The position numbers and the translations under genes are program-made. This document shows positions 10,607 through 21,696 of a stretch of 64,000 bases of DNA, piece by piece. The stretch is from Raillietiella orientalis (taxonomy: Eukaryota), in the NCBI GenBank assembly GCA_036172245.1, contig JAYWIR010000028.1, forward strand, positions 2,046,001 to 2,110,000. Reading direction: 5' to 3'. The notes under the pieces were generated by a model, which was not told the DNA's origin, ran no database searches, and worked only from the letters and a program-made list of their open reading frames with translations. Numbering within the stretch: the first letter of the stretch is position 1; each line of letters starts with the position of its first letter.

Positions 10607-13600
10607 TTGGAACGACGACCGGACGCCCAGCTGTTCCTGGGCGCGGGCCAGAAAAGGACCAAAGGCGTGGCGATTCTCGTGAAAAACGAGATCGCACACA
10701 CCATTCTGGAAACCTTTTCACCTTGGCCGGGCCGCATCGTCGGATTACACATGTCCTGGTCCGGAAACGTTCATCTGTTCCTGGTGAACGTGTACGGTCT
10801 GCACCGAGGCAAACATCGCTGCGCAGAGGCCGTACAGGCTCTGCTATGCAGCAAGGTCTCGGCAAAGGACATCGTAATCGTCGTGGGTGACTTCATCTTG
10901 GACAACATCACCCAGTCCAAGGATGCACGGGGAAGAACGGCCTATCGGCGGCTGTCGGACGAGTTCGGCCTCCAATGGCTAACCGCGAGCAGCAAGCCGA
11001 TCGACCATGTCCTGTCCAGGGAGGACATCGCGAATCGTTTGCAAGGCTTCCGAGAGGCTCCATCTGTACTCTCGGATCATCCCTAGCTGCGATTCACGTT
11101 GAAAACGGAAAACCCCCGTAGGAAGGAAGGCGCGCGGGCTGCATTAGTATGCATGCCCGCATGGTTCGAGACGCATCCCTGTCACCAGGATTTGACCGAG
11201 GCGATCCTGCGGAATACCACCATACGCAGGGTCGCCGACTGGGACAGTTGAAGCGGACAATCCATTTATTCAGTAACATGTAGTTCGGCGACAGGCAGAT
11301 GAGGGTGTAAGCGTACCGGGAGCTCGAACAGCAACAAAATCTCTCGCTCTCGAAATACTGGCCACAGTACGAGAGTTGGTACGTGTTCAAGATCGTCAAA
11401 GGGGAAGTTGGAGTGCTGGAAAGAAGGAACATCGCCAGCGATGGACGCAGACCGGTTGGACCGGCACGCAGACGAAGTCAGGCATACGTCCGAAGGAATC
11501 GCGGAGGCCTTCCACCATCATTACGCCTCTCACTTCCGACGGCGTCGTCTGTGCCCGACGGAACAAGAGAACATCCTGCTTTACCTGCATCCGCGTGTGA
11601 AACGGGAACAGCAGCAGAAGATAGAAGAAGAGATCTCACCAGAGGAAATCAAGATTGAGTTCGCTGGACTGCGCAAGGATGTGGAGGCAGGTCACGACAG
11701 TGTTTCCATCACGCACTATCAGCGGTACCTGCACGCCTACCTTCGCCTGTTCCACGAGCTCACAATCGCCATCCAGGAAGAAGGAAGACTCCCAGCATCG
11801 TTCCACGAGGGAAGGGTGAAACTGCTGCCGAAGGGGGGCCACCTGTTGGAAGTCACCCAATGGTGGCCGATCACCATCCTCAAGACGGATGCCAAGTGGC
11901 TGGCCAAGATCTGGGCCAACCGCTTAAGCATGGCCATGTCATCCGTCGTGTCTCCTACGCAAACATGCGCGGTGCCCGGACGATGCATGTCTGCGAACGT
12001 GAAGTGTGCCTTGGCCACCATCGGTTATTGCCGATATATAGGCGAAGACCTGGTGCTAGGGCTCACTGATATGGAGAAGGCATTCGACACCGTGGACCAC
12101 CAGATGCTGTTGGAGATCTTGAGGAAACTGGGCTTCCCAAGCTTCTTCATGCACTACCTGGAATGGACCCTCGAGGAGCAAGTCGTGAAGATCAGGATGA
12201 ACGGGCTGGAAACAGCAGCAATTCGGATAGAAAAAGGGTTTCACCAAGGCGACGCCTTGAGTCCGATGCTGTTCGTGCTCTACATGGAGGCGGTGTCCGC
12301 GATAGTAGATCGCGGCAGCCGTCTAAAAGGAATCCGAATCGACGGCCAGCAGCTGACCCACCTGGCGTATGCGTACGATCTGTTGTTCTTCCTTAAGGAC
12401 GAACGAGATCAAGAAGCATTCCTAGGTGTGATCAAGCAGATAGAGAAAGGTCTAGGACTCAAGATCAACACCCAGAAGAGCTACCTGCTGCCAATCGGGA
12501 TCTTGGAACTCTCCTCACTGCAAGAGGCCGGATTCCGAGCAGCAGAAACCGTGAGATACTTGGGATTCTGCCTTGGCGACGAGACTGCGTCACGCTGCCT
12601 ATGGCAGGAGATCCTGGGTAAGGTCACCGATGAAGCCACCAAGTACATCCGCGTCGACTTCAACATGAAGCGGAGGGCCGCCTTGTGGAATGGAGTTCTC
12701 CTTCCCAAGGTTCTCTACGGAGCGGCCTTCTGCCGAATGGACAAGAAAACAAAGGCGGAGCTGGAGAGGCTACAGCGGAAGATCCTAAGGCGGAAATATA
12801 GACCCAGGGTTCGGCTGACACTGGACAATGGATTCAGATCGACCCCACATGGAAGCGCAAGCAGGCACTGCTGAGAACCCAAGGGTTCAAAATCGTGCCT
12901 AGGAGCAGCGAAATATGGGACGAAGAACTGGCCATGATGATACCTCACTTTATCCCGATCCGACGGGAGACAGTGAACTGGTTAAACCAAAGGCCAAGAC
13001 AAGATTCGACGGTGCGAGCAGTTCGCTACTAGTGCCAACCGGCAACCAACTGCGACTGCATCGCCTGACCACGATCTTGCGGGGTTGCTTCAACCATCGC
13101 ACCCTGGAATTTTGGAAAGAGCAGCCGCATGAGGCGTGGCTACTTATGACCAAAGCCAACATCAGGGTGGAAACCGCGAAGAAACACCAAGACCCTGATG
13201 CCCTCAACGCAGCCTCGAGCCGTTACGGTCCTGCACATGCGAATGTGCTGGCCGTAGGGGCTGCACTCATGAGTGACCTTCCCCCTGACACTCAGGACGA
13301 CCTGCTGTTGTTCTACAACGGAGGCATTCTGAGTGGTTCCAGACTGCGGCACTGGACCGGGAAATAGCAAGACGGATTCTGCATGGCGTGCGGAGAAGAG
13401 TGAACTCAACTCCAAGTACTCACCTGCCCCACGCTGCGACCAGACTGGAACGCGGTGAAGGCGGTGACGTGCCTGCAGAGGAAGACAGCAATCCAGATCC
13501 TGTCGGGATTGTTTCAGGGGACAGGAGTTGTTCCCCTGTACAACCCGATGGTGCTGACGACGCTGGCCCTCTTTGTCACTGCCATAGTGATAAGGAGGGC

Positions 13601-13770
13601 TAAGATGTACACCCAGCGACGACAAGTGCCGGCATGGGATATCCTCAGTGGCCTTGTACGGAAGGAAATCAGGATCAGGAGCTGCGGAAGGATCGCCGCC
13701 TGGACGTACCGGTACATCCTAATGAAGATGGACGAAGACACCCAGGCACAGAGGACGACCCCCCCTCCCC
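10607..13770 (+). pseudogene. ORF2 of L1/Tx1-like element: APE endonuclease, reverse transcriptase, C-terminal zinc finger; disrupted
   Basis: EN motifs KGVAILV, LVNVYG, GDF(I), IDHVL, SDH. RT motifs KLLPKGG, W(W)PITIL, DMEKAFDTVDH, GF(H)QGDALSPMLF, AYA(Y)DL, GLKINTQKS, RYLG. C-terminal CMACGEE..LTCP. Several stops and frameshifts; catalytic YADD reads YAYD (12368-12379). Confidence 0.93.
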
Positions 13771-16700
13771 TTAACCCCGAAAACAAAAGTGACAGAATAT
13801 TGAAAGTGGAGTGCAATTTAACTCTACAGACAAGAAACAGATGTGAAAATTGTAAAAGTGTATGACTAGAGTTTGTGGATTTTTGTTTCTTAAAATAAAT
13901 TCACCCCACCGCTTGTCGGACCTGGGGACAATACAGATAGCATGTTTAAATCTCATATGAATCCTAATAAAAGACACACTTTTTTTTTTTAATCAGATCT
14001 GCAACCTTTAAAATAAGGATGCAATTCATTTTCGCAGCTTTAGAAACATCTGTCTAATACCTAGAAATGGCTACTTTAAAAATATTTTCAGACATGAAAA
14101 TATTTTTCAGACTTACTGCCTCTGGATTTTATATTAGTATAGATAATATTTAAAATCGAGTAGGAGAATTAATATCTTACAATCCATTTTACTTCAGTGA
14201 ATCGAATGCATTCGAATCAAACACTCATATTCCGATTTTCTTGTAGCCTTTTAATAATAATTTAATAGCCTTTATCTTGTCCTATGTTCTTGAAATGTGT
14301 CACATACACACAAATATGGTGCAAACATACTGTAATTATGATGGTTTATAATACAAATAGCACAATATAATAAGTTTCTAGGAGAAAAACTGAGCTGATT
14401 TTTTTAGATGAAACATTTAATTTCAGAAATCAAGCCAGATATCTGATTTGGCAATGTCTGCATTCTGGCTAATAAGGTATACAAAATTGCAGTCTTAATC
14501 ATCAACTGAGTAGGTGTTCACACATATACTTTGAGCAACTTCCAATTGCTTTCTTTTAGATGAAAGGTATTAATAGGATCGACGTCTTCATTTGAAAACG
14601 ATGTGATCCATGAACATTAAAAATTTTAATCCACAAACAAGAATTCCTTGTTGATAGAAAAACTAAATCGAATACATGTTGAAACGGTACTTGAATTCTG
14701 TTCTATTATTTTGGACAAAGGCTGATGAATTGATAGACAGAATTCTACTGCGTTTCCAACATGAATGCTGGAGAGGTGGAAGCAAATTTTACATCATTCT
14801 GTGGAGATAGTGTTGCTACTTCTCACATAGCAGTATTCAAGAAGTCATTGTCATTAGTGATGATCAGTGTAGACGGAAAGTATTCGAGTGAGCAAGCATT
14901 TGAAATATTTTAGAATCGAATCGCCTTTAGAAAATGAATATCATGAGCTTCTTAATTTCCCCTTTATATCGTTGCGAGATCTTAAGAAAACACATCGGAG
15001 CAGTGCTAATAAGGAGAATCGTACTCAAACACACATTGGTAACGGCAAACATCGCGGAGGGTATAGCATAAAGGAAAAGAGCCATTAGGTGTGGCAATGT
15101 CCCGCTGGCAATGTAGCAGTATCTGCTCCTCAGAATCAGGAGCTCCATCCGAGAACGAAATAGAAGAAGCAGTGTAACTTCAAGAGCAAGATAAATGCGA
15201 CAGTGCATATGGAATGTTTGATGTTGTGAATGAAGCTTTCCTATTGCAAGTATTCTTATTGTAAATATTACATTAACCTTTGCTTTGATGTTTATGGATC
15301 AGGGAGTCTGAAAGAAATTCAATGGCATCTCAAGGTTAGTCAGATGGAGTAAAATTACTCAAAAAGTATATCTGCATGCACAAGTAGAGAATATCATCAC
15401 TTCGAGATAGAATAATCATCAAAGATCTTTCCGATGTCTGGTCTAATTGGATTACAGGTTTTCCACCTGCATGGTTGATTCCTGGACAAAAGTCTGCTAG
15501 AATGGACGCTTTTGGAATTTTGAATAAATAACTAAAGTGATTTAAAATTCCTTCGAATCACTTTACAAGAATTGCACCTTGAATTAGAGCTCATTTGTTT
15601 TGGAAACATCCAGCATTTATGCCTCTGCTTTGGGAAGTAGGGAGTCACTTTGACATGCTCCCTTCCCCAGAGTTCCTTCTCTGGAACCGACCTCAGTCTC
15701 TTACAAATGCCTATATTAATCCATCCGATCCTGTATTTAATTTGAAATGTGTCCGTTGTATCGCATACGACCGTTCATCCCATGCTCAGGTAATGCTCGT
15801 GAAAAAAAACTTCCTCTGTTCCTTCATTCCTTCAAGTACATAGAGTATTCACCTCTTGTATTACATAAAATATTTTTGGATATCAGTAATCGTTAACTAC
15901 TCTTGTTTTTCATTAGATTTATAATAATTACAAAAGAAACCCAGCCACCTAAGAAATCCCTTGAATTCTTTTGCCGACTCCAACGATTTCTTTGTTGGCG
16001 CTTTCAGTTTCATATTGATTTTTTGAAACATACACTTTAACTATATTTCGACAAATATGAAAATCTGTTGAACAATATTCTTTGGCAAATTAAGCAATCA
16101 TGTGCTGCTGTGAATAAATTATATATTGACCGTTAAAGCTGTTATTTGTAATCATATTACCCAATTTTGATACTTAAATCATCACATCTTACATTCTGCA
16201 TAGAAAACTGAGTTGAAAGATAAAATAATGCAAATTCTACGATCTTTTTATGTGCTATTTAAACAGATTTCGATTGCGGAATAAAACTACGATGCATACA
16301 TAAATTTTTTTAAAAAAAATGAGAAGGTGTTCTTGGTTTGTTGTCATTCAGTTTGTGACCCCATCTCTTTCATTTTGAATATATGTTTTATTATTCTGAA
16401 AGAGACAAATTCTGTCATTCGTAACGATTTCTCTAAGTATGCATCATAACGAAAAATGCTTCCGTTCTGTTCTTGTTTTGTCTTTTACAGAGAATTCTAT
16501 ACCCAACGAGCCTTTGTTTTCATGTCGAAATTCATTGAATCAATTAAACTCATTTCGATATTTCAAAATTTGGCAGTCAGATTTTCAAGATTCAATGAGA
16601 GCATTCCAAATCATGTCTTGCTTTTTTAGCTTCTATTGCATTACAGTTTTTCCTGAAACTGGCGGTTTTGTGGTGAAAAGTGGAGAAATAAATGTTAGTC

Positions 16701-17168
16701 CATAGAGAACCTCACATTTGAAAAATTTTCGACTGTCTCTAATTAGAAAGAAAAAAAATCCTTAGAGGAGTTTGTTGCAAACACATACCGATGCATTCTA
16801 ACGAAATTTTAAAGCAGTGTCTCTTTTATTTTAATTTTAATTATTTCTGGTAATATCAATCTGGTTCGCACAAACATGCAATGTTTGAAAATTCGAGCAT
16901 TTAATTCTGCTCTGAAAAAATTATATGTTGAGTGTTAAGGCGTATTTGTAATTAAATATTACCCAATTTTGATGCTTAAATTTGTAAGTAGCGAATTATC
17001 AATATTTTGGAGGTGTTTCAAATTTGTGAATGTGGTAGTTCTTCCATCGCGGCACGAGTGTCAGGAGTGCATGTGCCTCGACTTGCAAGCATGTGACGCA
17101 CCTTAAGACGGAGTGGAAGTGTGGAACTTGTGAAACGTAAAGTGTAATTCATCAGAGAGTTTTGTATC

Positions 17169-19118
17169 ATGATGGAGATCGAATTCCGTAGCCTAGGCTT
17201 GGATGAAAGAATTTTGAAAGTAAGATTTAGCATGGCAAAACATTAATGAAATTTTAGGCGTTAGTTGACTTGAAATGGGAACGCCCCACCCTGATACAAA
17301 GCAAGTGTATTTCTTTGGCGCTTGAAGGAAAAGATGTATTTGCGAAAGCCAGAACTGGCAGTGGTAAAACGGGCGCTTATGTTATTCCTATTATTCAGAA
17401 AATACTTACAGCCAAAAAAGTTAGTTAAAAGCAAATGTGGCGTCTTGTTTTAATTTTGAAATAGTCAGTTTTTCAGCAAAGTATTTTTGCTTTGATCTTA
17501 GCCCCAACAAAAGAGTTATGCCAACAAATATGTAGGGATTTCAAGGATTTGGCCAAGTACTGTCGTAATGTGAACTGTGTGAATATTTCATCATTTGTAA
17601 GTGACTAATTTGGGCATTTCATAGTAAATGTTTTTGTAGGCAGATGTGGAAGCTCAAAAATTAGTTTTGAAAGAAACTCCAGATGTGATTATAGGTACAC
17701 CTAGTTGTTTGGTTAAGCAGATTCAGTTGAACCATATGCACATTCAGGATAATCTTCAGGTGTTTGTGGTAGATGAGGCCGATCTTATGTTTTCTTTCGG
17801 TTATAAGCAAGACACTGAAACTTTAGTACGGTGAGTGGTATATGTTTATGTTTAAAAACAACTTTTGGGTCCAGAGTGCTCCCAAAGAGTGTTCAGTGTC
17901 TGATGATGAGTGCAACATTGAGTAGTGATGCCAAACTGTTGAAGCATCTCTTATTGTATCAGCCTGTTATTCTTGATTTGCAAGAGCCTGCCCTCCCTCC
18001 ATCGAATCAGCTTCTCCATTATTTTATTAAAGTTGAGGAAGAAGATAAATATGTTTTAATATATGCATTACTAAAGCTCAATCTTATGCAAGGCAAATCC
18101 GTATTGTTTGTCTCTTCTGTGGATCGTTGCTACAAATTGCGACTTTTTTTGGAACAGTTTGGTCTAGCATCGTGTGTATGTCATGGTGAACTGCCAGCTT
18201 CCAGTCGTTACCACATTGTTCAACAGTTTAATCAAGGGCTATACAATTTGTTGATAGCTGCTGATAATCTTGGTCAGGAAACTAGTGTGATAAGTGGATC
18301 GACATCTCGACAAACAGATACTGAATCTGGTTTATCTCGAGGAATTGATTTCCAATATGTTGCCAATATTATCAATTTTGATTTCCCTGGGGATCTGGAT
18401 GTATATATCCACCGTGCAGGTCGCACAGCAAGAGGGAACAATGAAGTAAGTTTGGCCACAGGTGAAAACACAATTTTTGTAGGGTGTTGTCCTGTCTCTC
18501 ATTAGATTAAAAGACCTCAGTGCTTTTGATGAGATAGAAAAGGGACTGCGTGATCTTTATGAGCAGCCCCATACATCAGTGTTCCGGTAACTTGGAGTGA
18601 TTCACTTCATCGATAATCAGTTTCAGTGCCTTCAAGTTCCAAATGCAAGAAGTAGAAGGATTCCGTTATCGAGCAAAGGATGCATACAGAGCTGTTACAC
18701 GTATTGCTATTCGAGAAGCTAGAATTCGAGAAATCCGCAAAGAACTTCTCAATTCCAAGAAACTCAAGGTTGATAGGGCCTTTATCTACTAGTTGCTTTA
18801 ATCCCTTTTTTTTTTTAGGTACATTTTGAAGACCATCCTGAAGACTTAGCAGCCTTGCGCCATGACCTAGAGCTTCATACAGTGCGCCATCAGGCTCATC
18901 TCAAGGATGTTCCTGGTTATTTAATTCCCAACAGTTTGAAGAGATTAGTCAAATACCAGACCAAGAAGCAGCGTAAAAAAAAAGCAACTAAAAAGCAGCA
19001 AAACAGCAGATCAAAAGCACATCAGAAGATGATGGTATGGTATATACAGCTTGTTGATTTCTCTACTTTTTTTCAGAGAAAAAAAGCTGACCCGTTGTGT
19101 AGTCTCATGTTGGACTGA
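17169..19118 (+). CDS. DDX56: DEAD-box RNA helicase DDX56/Dbp9; 9 exons 17169-17219, 17258-17419, 17465-17596, 17640-17830, 17875-18445, 18483-18586, 18627-18768, 18819-19034, 19077-19118 (about 536 aa)
   Basis: Q motif (WERPTLIQ), [42 protein letters not shown], and the family-specific tail [37 protein letters not shown]...DPL. All introns are GT..AG, 37-50 nt, and frame-consistent. Confidence 0.96.
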
Positions 19119-19154
19119 AGTTTTTGCTCCTGTTTTTTCAAAATGAACTGATCT

Positions 19155-21055
19155 TTATTGGCGGTTAACCAAAAAATGACTGCACAGAGCAAGGAGAGGA
19201 GCAGCTGTGGGAACTCCTGGAAAAGGGCCTGAAGAAGCTGCAATATCCATATGGGAGAACTTTATAGGTTTGTTGCTGTCTAGTCCATGCTGATCCAAGC
19301 CAGAAGCTAATATGAGAAAGGCTGCAGGATACTGGTGTCCTCGCGGAGTTCTGCTGGAAGGCACATTGTTGCTCTGCAATATATCCTCGTACTCGGACTT
19401 TCCTGAAATACAAGTCAAGTTGGGTTGGAAGGGGCATACTAGTGTTACCCTTAATAAGTTCGTAATCTTCTCGTCTAATGGTGGATAATTCTATAGGATC
19501 ACCAATTTGGTCCCCTGCCTTTTGTAAGATGCTTCCAAAGTTTTCTGAACAGGCAGGACCATTGTTCAGAAGAATACTATATCCTACTCCTACTGCTAAG
19601 CGAGCATGCCCAGTCAGTGTAGCCACAGTTATGATATGAGGATTTGGACTAGTGCAAGCAATTTCTTTGAACTAGTTTCAAAGTATGCTTTCGTATTGAG
19701 TCAGTATTATGCTCACCATGCATACGAGGTCAGCCATAGCCATGCGGCCTTCAGCATCCGTGTTGCCTACTCTTACTCTTACTCCTGCTCTTGATGTCAC
19801 CAGCTCATCAGCTACATAAGCTTCAGCAGATACACAATTTCTTACTACAGCTAAGCCTCCAGTGACTTTGATGCCTTGAGGTTTTAGTGTGGATAATATC
19901 TACAAATCTTGTGACTTTGGTTTTTATAAGAACTGCTGTTACCTTAAAGAAACCGACTACAGCTGCTGCACCACATTTATCTCGATGCATTCCAGCCATA
20001 ATACCTCCAGCTTTAATATCATGACCTCCAGTATCATATGTTACACCTTTACCCACCAAAAACAAACTGGTATCTATAGGGCCTTCCCCATGATATTCTA
20101 ATAGTATGATCCGTCCTTTGTGCCGTTTTGCTGGTGAAACATCCTCAAATCTTGTTTCCGAATGAGAATGCTTACCTTCTGATCCTCTGTTAACTCGTTG
20201 AAATAAGGGAAATTCCTTGTTCAGTTGGTGAGCATCTGAGATAATTCGTACGTGGATGTTTGAATGAGCAAACACTGATGACACGTACTTCTCAAATTCT
20301 TCAGGGCACATCCTTTCTGGGTCGGAACCCGCAAGGTCACGGCATACCCATCTGTTCACATTGCAAAATTCTTTGTTACTCCTTTTTACCTGCCACTTTC
20401 TAAGACAAGAGCTTGTTGCAAAATATCTTTGTGGGCACCCCATACACCCAAAACATCCACTTTGGGTGTGTGTGTTTGTTTTATTTCTCTAACTTCCAGA
20501 GGCTAACAAGAAATAGTACGACAACTTTTTGGAAACACTTACTGTATAGAGGGCATGCAAGGCTCCTAACAAAGAAACTAATTGAGCATTTGGGTACTGC
20601 TTGTTTGGAAGAGACACCAATAAAGGTTTTCTACATCCTGCTTCTAGGGCTCTGATTATTCCTATAGTAAACTACATAAACCCAAATTACCTTTTGGTGC
20701 CAAGGCATGCAGCATCCATGTATCGTCGTATGTCATCATAATCACGACTTAACAGCCCTGTAGGTGCAAAAATAATCCGACGTCCAGCAATGTCTTGATT
20801 TGCAGGGGCAATGCCACCTCTTTCTTTAAAGGATGCATCAATCTGTCGGAAATAAAAAGTTGCTAATTCTACAAATGCCATTAGTTAAATTACCTCAAAC
20901 ATTGTCTGTAAATGCGGCTTAAGTAACGAAAGTTCGGTTGGTACAGACTGAGTTGGTGCAGCAACGTAAACAACTCCATCATAATTTTCAGCATCCAGTC
21001 CCTGGCAATCATTCACCTCGTATTGTGAAAGCTTACTGAATTTCTCCAAACTCAT
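19155..21055 (-). CDS. M17 cytosol leucyl aminopeptidase (W07G4.4-like); 9 exons 21055-20894, 20842-20691, 20651-20543, 20502-20390, 20351-20176, 20130-19943, 19899-19717, 19671-19449, 19402-19155 (about 517 aa)
   Basis: Motifs GSDPERM, LVGKGVTYDTGG.DIK, MHRDKCGAA, NTDAEGRM, ATLTGH, HMDIA. Introns are GT..AG, 38-51 nt, and frame-consistent. Confidence 0.95.
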
Positions 21056-21686
21056 TTTTGACAGAAAGCTATTTCCACTTTTAATCGTTAAATGGCTAAG
21101 ATAATCGATTGTTTTAAACATATAAATGCTGAAACATTTAACGCTTCGATTATAACTTTGAAGTTGGCCATCCGTCAATTGCGCTTTTTTTCACCCCCAC
21201 AGTTCTGGTAAATCTTTAACACCGACATCCACAGAGAACAAAATCCCATTATAAACTGCATTCCCCACCTTCGGTACAAAATCAAAGATGAGGAATTCTT
21301 CAACACGCTTTAATTTAAATACTTGTAGATAAAAGCAATCTGGGATCCCACCGTTATCGCGGCTCGATGTGATATCCGCCACCTCATTGGATGAAGTGCT
21401 GTTTACTCAGCTGAAAACTGTTCTCCGTCTAACAGCAAACATTCGGTTCCCTTATCTGCATTCCGTTCACCGCCATAATTGATGAAACTCAGTTCATCAG
21501 TTTCAGGCTTATGGAATCAGCGAAAAAAGACCGGAATCCGAATCGAAGGCAGGCAGTACCCAGAAAACGCCGGCCGAGATGCACCGTCAATCGATATTCG
21601 TGCAATATCCTTTCCAAGTGCACGGCCAGCGTGGGACGGCGGATGTTGCTTGGTACCCCGGGCACAATCAACCTGCTCCCGCCCGT

Positions 21687-21696
21687 GTCACGTGAC
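21687..21696. promoter_or_regulatory. Palindromic GTCACGTGAC E-box (CLEAR-type) in a GC-richer patch upstream of the aminopeptidase
   Basis: Perfect 10-bp palindrome about 630 bp upstream of the aminopeptidase ATG; function not shown. Confidence 0.25.

Larger units (their letters stand above)
9073..13933 (+). mobile_element. Composite L1/Tx1-like non-LTR retrotransposon, inactive: U1-like head, ORF1+zinc finger, structured spacer, EN/RT/zinc finger, 3' hairpin
   Basis: GC-rich island in AT-rich DNA. Flanked by imperfect 15-bp repeats CAGACAGCACGCTTA (9058-9072) and CAGATAGCATGTTTA (13934-13948), 12/15 identical with all differences C/T. It has the same TSD length and 3' terminus as the 7420-8197 copy. 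Confidence 0.8.

Noticed and set aside
14740..15210. Very old piggyBac-like remnant (NMNAGEVE, H..RC..C-like words)
   Set aside because: Motifs too degraded to distinguish from chance without a profile search.
16133..16981. ~45-bp imperfect direct repeat (16133-16180 and 16934-16981)
   Set aside because: Real but short and AT-rich, with no element structure between the copies.
21191..21382. Last exon of an additional minus-strand host gene
   Set aside because: No recognisable homology and no convincing upstream exons; needs RNA-seq.
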